From Desulfocapsa sulfexigens DSM 10523 (GTDB lineage Bacteria; Desulfobacterota; Desulfobulbia; Desulfobulbales; Desulfocapsaceae): DNA of 32,000 nt. Below are positions 1 to 9,816 of this stretch, piece after piece. The translations under genes were made by a program, and so were the position numbers. The stretch covers positions 510,001-542,000 of the forward strand of contig NC_020304.1 of assembly GCF_000341395.1 (NCBI RefSeq), given 5' to 3'. Every line of letters begins with the position of its first letter. Position 1 is the stretch's first letter. The notes beneath the pieces are model-generated. The model ran no database searches. It was not told the origin of the DNA and saw nothing but the letters and a program-made list of their open reading frames with translations.

Positions 1-347
1 TTGGTGTTCGATTTACTATCGGTGCTTCAGCTGCGCTTTGCGGGTTGATTGGTGCTGCTTTGTACTATGGAAAAAGCCGGGGAGGTACATATGGTAATGC
101 TATCTACAATCAAATCGGTGGTTGGGCTTTAGGTATATTTCTTTTTGGTTTTATGGTTCCGGGTATCAATAACTGGGGGCATGGTGGGGGTATGCTTGTT
201 GGTGCCCTGTCAGGTTATTTGCTCGGTTACAGAGAACGTTCCCAGGAGAAAATAGGTCACAAGCTTTCAAGCCTTGCCTGTATTGTATTTACAGGCATTA
301 TACTTTTCTGGTCCCTTACAAATGGCATCTTATATCTTGTCATGTAA
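1..347 (+). CDS. Rhomboid-family intramembrane serine protease, C-terminal part (5' end lies outside the window)
   Basis: The frame is open from the window edge (codons from nt 3). It reads G-A-S-A-A-L-C-G-L-I-G-A, a GxSxxxxG catalytic-Ser-type motif. Further on is NNWGHGGGMLVGALSG, a rhomboid His motif of the HxGGxxxG type. The rest is hydrophobic TM segments. Confidence 0.8.
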   Translation, partial: GVRFTIGASAALCGLIGAALYYGKSRGGTYGNAIYNQIGGWALGIFLFGFMVPGINNWGHGGGMLVGALSGYLLGYRERSQEKIGHKLSSLACIVFTGIILFWSLTNGILYLVM

Positions 348-456
348 TTGCCACTATAAATATCGAGACAGGTTTTGACACTAACACCCCTATTCCAGAG
401 GCAACAACCATGCTTCTCTTCACTACTGGTTTAGTTGAGCCTGTAGGTTCTGGCTT

Positions 457-576
457 CTAATCTTTGTGACGCCATAGCCGAAACAAAGATTTGACAGCCT
501 CGTAAGCAATACTGATAATCACAAAAGCAATGGTTCCCAAAAACACCCAGCCCAGATATTCTGAAGCAGTATCCAA
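457..576 (-). CDS. Candidate 39-aa single-TM mini-protein (MDTASEYLGWVFLGTIAFVIISIAYEAVKSLFRLWRHKD). Not in the ORF track because it is under 60 aa.
   Basis: On the minus strand an AAAGGAGG Shine-Dalgarno lies 8 nt upstream of a TTG start. The product has a hydrophobic core followed by a basic tail and ends at TAG (457-459). It sits in an otherwise unassigned 520-nt gap. Confidence 0.3.
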   Translation of the reverse strand: MDTASEYLGWVFLGTIAFVIISIAYEAVKSLFRLWRHKD

Positions 577-868
577 TGATCCATCCTCCTTTTACCATTA
601 ATGGCGTCGAATTTATTCCCGGTATATATCTCTGTTTAAGGTACTCCGAGCTAGCTTAACCCAAAACAGAACACTCCTACTATGGTTTTCTGACCTGGAT
701 GAACCTTGCTTAGCCAAGGTGTCTCCAGGCAATTGCATGACGTTATTGACCTGTTTAGTGTCGTGGATGCCACTTTCTTTTGGATGAGTTTACACATACT
801 ATATCACAATACAATAAAGTATAGAAAGACATCGACTGGATCACTTTTACCTGGAAGGGGATGATGAA

Positions 869-1282
869 ATGAGCAAAACAACAGTTATCTTACTGGCCTC
901 TCTCGTGGCCATTACCTGGACAACAAATGCAGTGCAGGCGAGACCTGGAAAACGTTACGACGAGAGCACCAATATGTGTAGAGTCATCGATCAAGGCAGA
1001 CTGGACTGGGAAAGTGACCATTGGGGAAGTGGTGCGCGTAAGTTTAATCAAGTCTGCAAAAGTTGCCATACGAAAGAGAATGATAAAGGTGCCCCTTTTC
1101 TGTATATGGAGAGCTATGGATCGGAAGGATGGAACAGAGTCTTTGCAAAGCGCAGGGTAAAGTGTAAGGAGGACGGTTCCTGGGATGTTTTGAGTAAGGA
1201 GGACTTATTATTGGTCAACGACTATCTGTACCGGAACGCAAATGACACATATGATCCAAACGATGCCGACACCTGCAGCTGA
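869..1282 (+). CDS. Secreted monoheme cytochrome c-like protein
   Basis: The N-terminus is a signal peptide (MSKTTVILLASLVAITWTTNAVQA). There is a single CxxCH heme-attachment motif (CKSCH). A GGAAGGGGA RBS precedes the ATG and an intrinsic terminator follows the gene. Confidence 0.7.
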   Translation: MSKTTVILLASLVAITWTTNAVQARPGKRYDESTNMCRVIDQGRLDWESDHWGSGARKFNQVCKSCHTKENDKGAPFLYMESYGSEGWNRVFAKRRVKCKEDGSWDVLSKEDLLLVNDYLYRNANDTYDPNDADTCS

Positions 1283-1350
1283 TGATACTGTCACTCCCGG
1301 TCGGGAGTTCAACAGCTATACTTGAATAATTAAGAGTGAGTTGACACAGA

Positions 1351-1385
1351 GGGTGTGGTAAGTATTTACCCCACCCTTTTTTTTT
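1351..1385 (+). terminator. Rho-independent terminator downstream of the cytochrome-like gene
   Basis: GGGTGTGGTAA / TTACCCCACCC forms a stem of about 10 bp with one mismatch around a 4-nt loop. A run of 9 T follows. Confidence 0.7.
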
Positions 1386-1509
1386 GCTGTTTCGTAAGTA
1401 CTCTCATATCAAAAATACGTGCAACACAAAAGAGTTACCCTGAATATTCAACAGATCCTCACCGCTACCCAGTCACACAGAAATACCACTCCTAAGGAGA
1501 GTTATGTAA

Positions 1510-2499
1510 ATGAAGAATATCACTATACTCGCACTTGATGACGGATCGGCCACGTCAATTACCGGCCCTATGGAAGTTTTTCAAATGACAGGCACCTTAT
1601 GGAATATGGCCAACGGCCTGGAACCGACTCCTTTTTTTAATGTACAGGTTGTCACCCTGACAGGTGAGCCGGTGAGAACCATGAATGGTATTACCATTAG
1701 CGCCCATGGCTCAATTGATGATGTGACGGATACAGACCTTATTATTGTCTCTCCCACCACGAATATTGAAAAGAACCTGAGTAAACAGGGAAGAATCATT
1801 CCATGGCTTCTCGATCAGTACAACAACGGTGCCCAGATAGCCGGAGTGTGTACCGGAGTTTTCATACTGGCTGCAACCGGACTGCTCGACGGGAAAATAG
1901 CCACCACCCACTGGGCAGTAGCCAACGAATTCAAACAACTTTACCCGCTGGTAAACCTGATGCCGGAACGCCTATTCACCGATGCCAATGACCTGTATTG
2001 TTCCGGGTCTTATAACTCCTGCATTGACCTGTCAGTTTATCTGGTGGAAAAATTCTGCGGTCGGGAAATTGCCCTGCAAACTGCTAAAATACTGATTCAT
2101 GACATAAACCGCATTTCCCAGGCACCATACACTCCATTCAACTTCCAGCGCAACCACATTGATGAGCACGTGCTTAACGCTCAACGGCACATGGAAACAA
2201 CATTTGCGGGACAAATTGACATTGAGCGGTTAGCACGGAGCCAAGGCATGGCACGTCGTACCTTTGAACGCCGATTCAAGGCGGCCACTGGTGACACCCC
2301 GAATCATTATATTCAAAGGGTACGGGTGGAAAAAGCCAAGAGAATACTTGAATCTGAGCAGAAGAGCCTTGACGAAATCAGTTATCAGGTGGGGTATGAA
2401 GACAGTGGTTTCTTTCGAAAAGTTTTTACCAAACATACCGGTCTCAAACCAGGAGAATACAGAGCAAAATTTCAACGGGTTGTTGAATTTCAATCTTAG
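1510..2499 (+). CDS. GlxA-family transcriptional regulator (DJ-1/PfpI-like N-terminal domain plus AraC-type HTH C-terminal domain)
   Basis: The N-terminal domain has a nucleophile-elbow-like GVCTGVFILA. The C-terminal region has the AraC double HTH (RTFERRFKAATGDTPNHYIQRVRVEKAKRILE ... ISYQVGYEDSGFFRKVFTKHTGLKPGEYR). An AAGGAGAG RBS lies 8 nt upstream of the ATG. Confidence 0.9.
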   Translation: MKNITILALDDGSATSITGPMEVFQMTGTLWNMANGLEPTPFFNVQVVTLTGEPVRTMNGITISAHGSIDDVTDTDLIIVSPTTNIEKNLSKQGRIIPWLLDQYNNGAQIAGVCTGVFILAATGLLDGKIATTHWAVANEFKQLYPLVNLMPERLFTDANDLYCSGSYNSCIDLSVYLVEKFCGREIALQTAKILIHDINRISQAPYTPFNFQRNHIDEHVLNAQRHMETTFAGQIDIERLARSQGMARRTFERRFKAATGDTPNHYIQRVRVEKAKRILESEQKSLDEISYQVGYEDSGFFRKVFTKHTGLKPGEYRAKFQRVVEFQS

Positions 2500-2634
2500 T
2501 CCTGGTGGCAAGTGGGCAGTATGTTTCGCAGCCCAGTGGTGAAGAGACAGATCTCACCCACATTGCTCACTAGTTGGCTGCAGAGTCCGCCACCGTACAA
2601 GGAAAAGGCCAATGAGAGCAATACAAAATCGCTG

Positions 2635-2943
2635 TTATTGTGGAACTCCACCACCGGTATAGTCATAAATTGCATAGACAAGACCTGCAAAAATTCCTAT
2701 GGTGAAGAATAACCTGAAGCGTGAAACCCAGGGAACTTTTACACCATCCGCCATATATTGGATAACGGAAATAATAACAAAGGTAATCCCGATCACATAC
2801 GGTGCGGTGAGCAAAATCTGCTTACCGGTCGCCAGTATGGAGGCCAGCGGTTCTGAGGCAAGGCGCAGATTGAAGAGTATATACACTGCTGCCGTAACAT
2901 AAAATGATATACTATTATTCTTCTTTTCTCTGGTCGGTTCCAT
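2635..2943 (-). CDS. Hypothetical small integral membrane protein, about 3 TM segments, possibly truncated or frameshifted (see findings)
   Basis: The first ATG is at 2943. The TTG at 2949 used in the ORF track is less likely. The product has three hydrophobic segments. There is no clear SD. Confidence 0.45.
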   Translation of the reverse strand: MEPTREKKNNSISFYVTAAVYILFNLRLASEPLASILATGKQILLTAPYVIGITFVIISVIQYMADGVKVPWVSRFRLFFTIGIFAGLVYAIYDYTGGGVPQ

Positions 2944-4071
2944 ATGCAATCACTCAATAGTCTTTATTTTCCAGAAACAGTTCTGCCCCGTCACCTGCGT
3001 AACTGTCTTCTCCTCTTTCCCGATACCCTGCATCTGCTGCAACCGGTGGAGTCTGGCACGGAAACAATAGATAAGTCACCAGAGAGTGATATTTTCATGG
3101 AACAGGGCATCTGTCAAGTCCATACTCCATCTCTTCTGGGAAAAGACAGAAACAGATTTCTGAAACTTGTAGAGGAAATCCGAATCGGTAAAGATGACAT
3201 TGTTCAACAGCTGAGCGGTTTAACACTTGCTCATCTTTCAAAAGAACAGGACACCAGCGACAAGAGTCACCGGGCAATCATGACGACCCTGCTTGGCGGC
3301 CAGACTACCGGAGAGAGTGACTCTGCCGAAGAAACTCAAAAAGCAGCACTCTGGCAGGCCCGCCTCGTTCTGGCACTTGCCGAGATCCTTGACAAAGAAG
3401 AGGCTGAGCTGGCAACAAAGCTATCAGACATTGATGATACCGAGCTGGCTCTTTTTGAAGAGCTTCTTGGCGATGTTCCAGACGATACCGAAGAGACGGA
3501 TTCTTTTGCCGAACTGATGCGCATCAGAGCCAATATCAACCATCCACGTCCGGGAACACTTAAAAGACGAATCCAGGCGTGGAAAACACTGTATTCATCT
3601 GGTTCTCTGCCTGAAAAATATTGGTTATGGATGACCAGCCAGGAAGAAGCTGCGGAACTATTAATTGACAATTACGAAGAGAAAGCAGGAAGAAACAGTG
3701 TCCCCCTTCTTCTCCTTGACCTCCCGGAACACCTTTACATGAGAGACAAGGATGGACTGGAAAGTATCAGAAAATTTCAAGAACAGGAAGGTGATATCCG
3801 CAGAAACATCATAGAAAAACTGACCGCCATTGTCAGCAAAGAGCACCTCAATAGTGTTGATCCCGTGGCTCTTCTTCCCGATGCCGGAATCCTTGCCCGT
3901 GAATGGAATGATCTTATTGAGTATCACTTTCCGGAAAAACGCTTTGGCCGCAGGAAACTCGACTTCCAATTCCTGGCCAACATTTCACTGGATCAGCTGG
4001 TTCGTGGGGTAGATGAAGAGAAACAATCAGATACAATTCGCCACGGAATAGTAGCAATCTATAAGGAATAA
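2944..4071 (+). CDS. Hypothetical acidic protein, 375 aa, no family recognised
   Basis: This is a long uninterrupted ORF. Only short ORFs occupy the competing frames. A strong hairpin follows it. No SD is evident at the annotated ATG, so the start is uncertain. Confidence 0.6.
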   Translation: MQSLNSLYFPETVLPRHLRNCLLLFPDTLHLLQPVESGTETIDKSPESDIFMEQGICQVHTPSLLGKDRNRFLKLVEEIRIGKDDIVQQLSGLTLAHLSKEQDTSDKSHRAIMTTLLGGQTTGESDSAEETQKAALWQARLVLALAEILDKEEAELATKLSDIDDTELALFEELLGDVPDDTEETDSFAELMRIRANINHPRPGTLKRRIQAWKTLYSSGSLPEKYWLWMTSQEEAAELLIDNYEEKAGRNSVPLLLLDLPEHLYMRDKDGLESIRKFQEQEGDIRRNIIEKLTAIVSKEHLNSVDPVALLPDAGILAREWNDLIEYHFPEKRFGRRKLDFQFLANISLDQLVRGVDEEKQSDTIRHGIVAIYKE

Positions 4072-4092
4072 TACGGCTACCGGTATTTTAGA

Positions 4093-4121
4093 CTGAAGGT
4101 ACAGAGAATCTGTACCTTCAG
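4093..4121. terminator. Perfect 13-bp hairpin between convergent genes (candidate bidirectional terminator or RNA-stability element)
   Basis: CTGAAGGTACAGA-GAA-TCTGTACCTTCAG. It lies between the + gene ending at 4071 and the - gene ending at 4182. The flanking U-tracts are weak. Confidence 0.5.
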
Positions 4122-4181
4122 CCTGTAGCCTTTTCCCTGAAAACAACACCTGCACAACAGTCGAGCAGGCGGTGCCTGAGT

Positions 4182-4664
4182 TTACTTATCGCAGCAGGTA
4201 TAGGGATTAATGGTCAACACCGGACAGCCGGCAGATTTTACAACCTTGTCGGCAACACTGCCAAACATGATCTTCTCCAGCCCCTTATAGCCATGTGTTC
4301 CCATGGCTATAAGCCCATCATCCTGCTTGGCTGAAAAATCGACAATCTGCTCTGCCACATCACCCACCAGGATTTTTCCAATCACCTCGACCACACCTTG
4401 TTCTTTGGCAAATTTTTCTATATCCTGGGAGAAACTATGCATTTTTTCCTCCGCCTGAGCAAACAGATCCTGTTCAAAATCCGGAATACTCATTTGGGGA
4501 ACAAAAAATCCAGAATAATCTTCAAATTTCTGCACAACAAACAACAGTACCAAATTGGCCTTGAAGCTTCCGGCAATAAAGGCGGCGGACTCGGCAATCA
4601 GCTTGGAATTGTCTGAAAAGTCAACAGGGGTCACAACATTTTTGACTTGCTCAATTCGTTTCAT
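4182..4664 (-). CDS. Universal stress protein (UspA family)
   Basis: The C-terminal ATP-binding-type motif is GTHGYKGLEKIMFGSVADKVVKSAGCPVLTI. Length (160 aa) fits the family. ATG start with a GGGAGA RBS. Confidence 0.9.
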   Translation of the reverse strand: MKRIEQVKNVVTPVDFSDNSKLIAESAAFIAGSFKANLVLLFVVQKFEDYSGFFVPQMSIPDFEQDLFAQAEEKMHSFSQDIEKFAKEQGVVEVIGKILVGDVAEQIVDFSAKQDDGLIAMGTHGYKGLEKIMFGSVADKVVKSAGCPVLTINPYTCCDK

Positions 4665-4795
4665 GGCATCTCCCAGCAGGTTAAATTATATTCTTTTGAT
4701 CTTGAATAATTTTGTCATAATTCAGGAGTCCCCACAAGGGAATTCTTCCGACGCTGTAAAAACTCCATAAACTGCGTATCACAAAAACACCGCGG

Positions 4796-7066
4796 CTAAT
4801 TTCCGAACAAACCTTTCAACCCCTGCTGCAGCAGATCCTGAGTCGAACTTTTTTTCCCATCCTGCTTCGAATCGCCACTTTTGTTTTTCTTGTCCAGCTG
4901 TTTCTGCAATTCACCCATAAGAAGAGTTGTCGCTCCGGCTTTAAAGAGGCCAACGACATCTGCCTCTTCTTTTATATTCGAAAATTCCCCCTGGATCCGA
5001 TAAGGGACAATAAATTTACTGTAGTCAGTCTTTCCGGATTTATCGTCTCGATCCAGACTTCTGAGAATCGAAATTTTCAAAACATAATCCACATATTCAT
5101 TCACGAAATCGACACTTCCAGATCCCGTGACCTTCATCAGATCAGACTCGGCTTTCAGATCCTTATTGTGAAAGACACCATTGCTGACCACTCCGTTTGC
5201 ATTGATTCGTGCAAATCCGGTTGGTTCATCCTTTGCCGCCTGAACCATCGGCTTTTGTTCATAAAGAGCCTTTGCCTGACGCACAACATCAAGAATATGA
5301 AGTTTTTTCACCACCCCATTTTCAAGGGCCAGTTTCACTGTTCCATTGGAGTTACGAATAAGCTGCTCTTTGACATTTCCATTTGTGCCCACCTGCAATG
5401 CCAACACGGCAGTGCCTGTTACCTCCTCTTTTCCTGTCATATCCATAAGTAGAGGGCCTACCTGGACCTGAGCAACATCACCAGTTACTGTAAGCTTTGG
5501 AAGTTCACCTGTCACATCAAGCTTTACCTGGGCGGCTACGTTTCCACTGTATAATTGTGCCCGTAAAGGATTCAACTCCAGCTGCCCCTCTCTACCCGAT
5601 GCCTGCAGTTCAACGTGGGTCAGCGCAGCACCTTTAATCTTCAGGGAGTCAACACCAAGGTCAAGATTGAACTGCAATTTCCGCAAAGACTTAACGGGAA
5701 AAACAGGTTGTAATGAGGGAGTCTCCTTAATCGGAACATTCACGGATACCTTTTTTCCGCCACCTCCGGACACTTTTCCCTGTGCCATTGCTGGTTTCTG
5801 CTCTTTTTCCTTCTTCACCGCCCCCGCAACAACAGAGCTTTGCTGAACGACCGTCCCATAGGAATCAACATCAAGCTTATCAAGGTGCATTTTAAAATCA
5901 TAGGAAGGGTGCTGAAGGTCAGTGAGGACAAAGCTCCCTGTCCCATGTGCACCGTCCAGCAGGAGATCGATGGCTGAGACATCAATTTTCTTCATGTTTC
6001 CAGCAAATGCACAGGAGAATCCAAGCTGCTGCAGTGCCGAATCATTCTTCCAGTTGGGCTGGGAAAGCTTATTTGTCCTCAGAAATTCTCTGAGGGAAAA
6101 TTCTGGAATAAGAAGCGTTCCTTTGAAATGAGGCTCCTGATAATTGGTCACTTCTGCGTTGAGCTGGATAGAGAAGTCTCCGCTATTTAAACGAACCCCT
6201 TTAAGGCTTATATTCTTCTTCGCAAGATCAAGAAAGCTATTCCCTTCAAGACTGATTTTGGCCCCTTGGACACCAAAGGCTTTAATGGAATTTTCCAGGG
6301 ACAGATTATCCAGCTGCACAGTTTGTTCTGAAAATTTAACTGTGATGTCACTATCAATAGAGCTCTCAACAAACAGCGTCGTGTTGTTCTTGCCAGAGGA
6401 GATGAGCGTGAAAGCGGATTGGAGATGAAAAGATTGTCCATCCAGCACATGGCCGGTCTGGACACTGAAATCCTTCAGTTCAAATATTTTTGCTGCCTGC
6501 TGATCTTCATAACGCACTGTCACCCGGCTCAAGTCAAAGGTCCCGAGTTCAAGCGTTGGAACCTTTTTCGCCTTTTCTCCTGCCTGCCCCTGCGGCACGG
6601 GGACTGAAGCTTCTTTCTTTTTTTTGGGTGATGGAGAAGACGCTGCTGGTGCAGAAGACTGGACTATCTCCCAGTTTCCCCTTCCGGATTTGTCACGAAT
6701 CAGATAACAGTACACACCATGAAGCTGTACTCCCTGAACAACAAGACGTTTCTCTTTCAGGAGAGGGAACAGAGAAAGCTCCACTCTTGCTTCTTCACTG
6801 CTGAGGAGCGGAGTCTCCGAAAGTCCTGGTGCTGCAAGAACCCGAACCTGCCCAAGAGAAAACAGGACGTCAAGACGGGGCGAGATATGCAGGGTGATAT
6901 CTCCCGGGATCTCAAGACGGAACCCGCTCTGTTCGTAGAGCAGATCAGATATTTTATCCTTGTAGTCATTCGGATCAAGCACCATAGGCAGCACGACTAT
7001 AATCCCCAAAAACAAAAGGATACAAATCACCAGTAAACCACCTGCCCACTTCATTACACGTTTCAT
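4796..7066 (-). CDS. AsmA-family outer-membrane assembly / lipid-transport-like protein
   Basis: There is an N-terminal TM anchor (WAGGLLVICILLFLGIIVVLPMV) followed by DPNDYKDKISDLLYEQSGFRLEIPGDI, typical of AsmA N-termini. The body is long and beta-rich with a low-complexity Lys/Pro linker. A GGAAGGGAG RBS is present. Confidence 0.85.
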   Translation of the reverse strand: MKRVMKWAGGLLVICILLFLGIIVVLPMVLDPNDYKDKISDLLYEQSGFRLEIPGDITLHISPRLDVLFSLGQVRVLAAPGLSETPLLSSEEARVELSLFPLLKEKRLVVQGVQLHGVYCYLIRDKSGRGNWEIVQSSAPAASSPSPKKKKEASVPVPQGQAGEKAKKVPTLELGTFDLSRVTVRYEDQQAAKIFELKDFSVQTGHVLDGQSFHLQSAFTLISSGKNNTTLFVESSIDSDITVKFSEQTVQLDNLSLENSIKAFGVQGAKISLEGNSFLDLAKKNISLKGVRLNSGDFSIQLNAEVTNYQEPHFKGTLLIPEFSLREFLRTNKLSQPNWKNDSALQQLGFSCAFAGNMKKIDVSAIDLLLDGAHGTGSFVLTDLQHPSYDFKMHLDKLDVDSYGTVVQQSSVVAGAVKKEKEQKPAMAQGKVSGGGGKKVSVNVPIKETPSLQPVFPVKSLRKLQFNLDLGVDSLKIKGAALTHVELQASGREGQLELNPLRAQLYSGNVAAQVKLDVTGELPKLTVTGDVAQVQVGPLLMDMTGKEEVTGTAVLALQVGTNGNVKEQLIRNSNGTVKLALENGVVKKLHILDVVRQAKALYEQKPMVQAAKDEPTGFARINANGVVSNGVFHNKDLKAESDLMKVTGSGSVDFVNEYVDYVLKISILRSLDRDDKSGKTDYSKFIVPYRIQGEFSNIKEEADVVGLFKAGATTLLMGELQKQLDKKNKSGDSKQDGKKSSTQDLLQQGLKGLFGN

Positions 7067-7082
7067 TGAAACTCCCTTCCAC

Positions 7083-9098
<2,016 letters not shown>

Positions 9099-9287
9099 TT
9101 ATTTCGGAGGAGTTAACAGATTGCCGGCCTTGGCAATATTCTCATGGGGCACTTCATCAATAAAAATCAGAATCGCCTCTGGCGGTTTCCCTGCTTCCCT
9201 GGCGATAACCTCGGTCACCCCCTTGCAGATATTACTCTTCTGATCTTTGCTAAGCGTTCCGGCAACACGAATATTAACGTAGGGCAT
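9099..9287 (-). CDS. 4-oxalocrotonate tautomerase family protein
   Basis: 62 aa with N-terminal Met-Pro (MPYVNIRV...), typical of the family. AAGGAGAG RBS. The stop codon directly abuts the ligA start. Confidence 0.85.
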   Translation of the reverse strand: MPYVNIRVAGTLSKDQKSNICKGVTEVIAREAGKPPEAILIFIDEVPHENIAKAGNLLTPPK

Positions 9288-9312
9288 TTTTTACTCTCCT
9301 TTGATAATTTTG

Positions 9313-9816
9313 TTATTCAGGCAGGCAAAACCGGGCAATATCTGCTGGAAGCTGTCCACTATCAAGTCCAAGCTCTTCAGCAAGTTCATGTAACTGGGCC
9401 ACACTGCAATTAATAAAAATAAGAGGCAGGTTTTTCCCAGCGGCAGCAACACCCTGCTCCAGGAAGGCAATCAGTCTTTGAGCTGCTGTTTCCCGAATGT
9501 GAGAACAGTCAACGGTCTGTCTGCGGGCAAAAGCCCTGCAGCGCTCCCAGTTATATACGGTTCGACGAACTCCGCGATATATACTTTTATGGAAATTTCT
9601 CACATCTATATCACGCAGGATAATTTCCTGGTAGCGCTGAGCAGCTGCATCTTTAAGCCTGGACAGCTCTTCTTCACTGAGGCTCAGTTGAGGCCCGTCA
9701 CTCTCTTTGCTTAAGTAGTAGAGTGAAGAGTACAGGGTAATCTCAGGTATTTCTCCGGAATGGCGAACAATAAGCCACTCTTCGGCAAGCAGTTCATCAC
9801 GTTCTTCCGGGGTCAC
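9313..9816 (-). CDS. Hypothetical protein, 167 aa, no family recognised, start-stop coupled to hemA
   Basis: The GTG start overlaps the hemA TGA stop (GTGA at 9813-9816). The ORF is uninterrupted and co-directional with its neighbours. Confidence 0.65.
   Translation of the reverse strand: MTPEERDELLAEEWLIVRHSGEIPEITLYSSLYYLSKESDGPQLSLSEEELSRLKDAAAQRYQEIILRDIDVRNFHKSIYRGVRRTVYNWERCRAFARRQTVDCSHIRETAAQRLIAFLEQGVAAAGKNLPLIFINCSVAQLHELAEELGLDSGQLPADIARFCLPE

Noticed and set aside
927-1160. 77-aa alternative-frame ORF inside the cytochrome-like gene.
   Set aside because: It overlaps a better-supported ORF that has a signal peptide, a CxxCH motif and an RBS.
2264-2712. Plus-strand ORFs 2264-2542 and 2512-2712 overlapping the 3' end of the GlxA-type regulator gene and the region beyond it.
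   Set aside because: The first is an alternative frame of the AraC domain. The second is antisense to the hydrophobic minus-strand ORFs and has no membrane or domain features or RBS.
5168-7036. Several 60-105-aa plus-strand ORFs (5168-5452, 5922-6131, 6144-6428, 6419-6607, 6490-6804, 6719-7036) and minus-strand alternative-frame ORFs inside the AsmA-family gene.
   Set aside because: All are fully embedded in or antisense to a 756-aa ORF with clear family features. Their products are low-complexity, and they have no RBS or independent signals.
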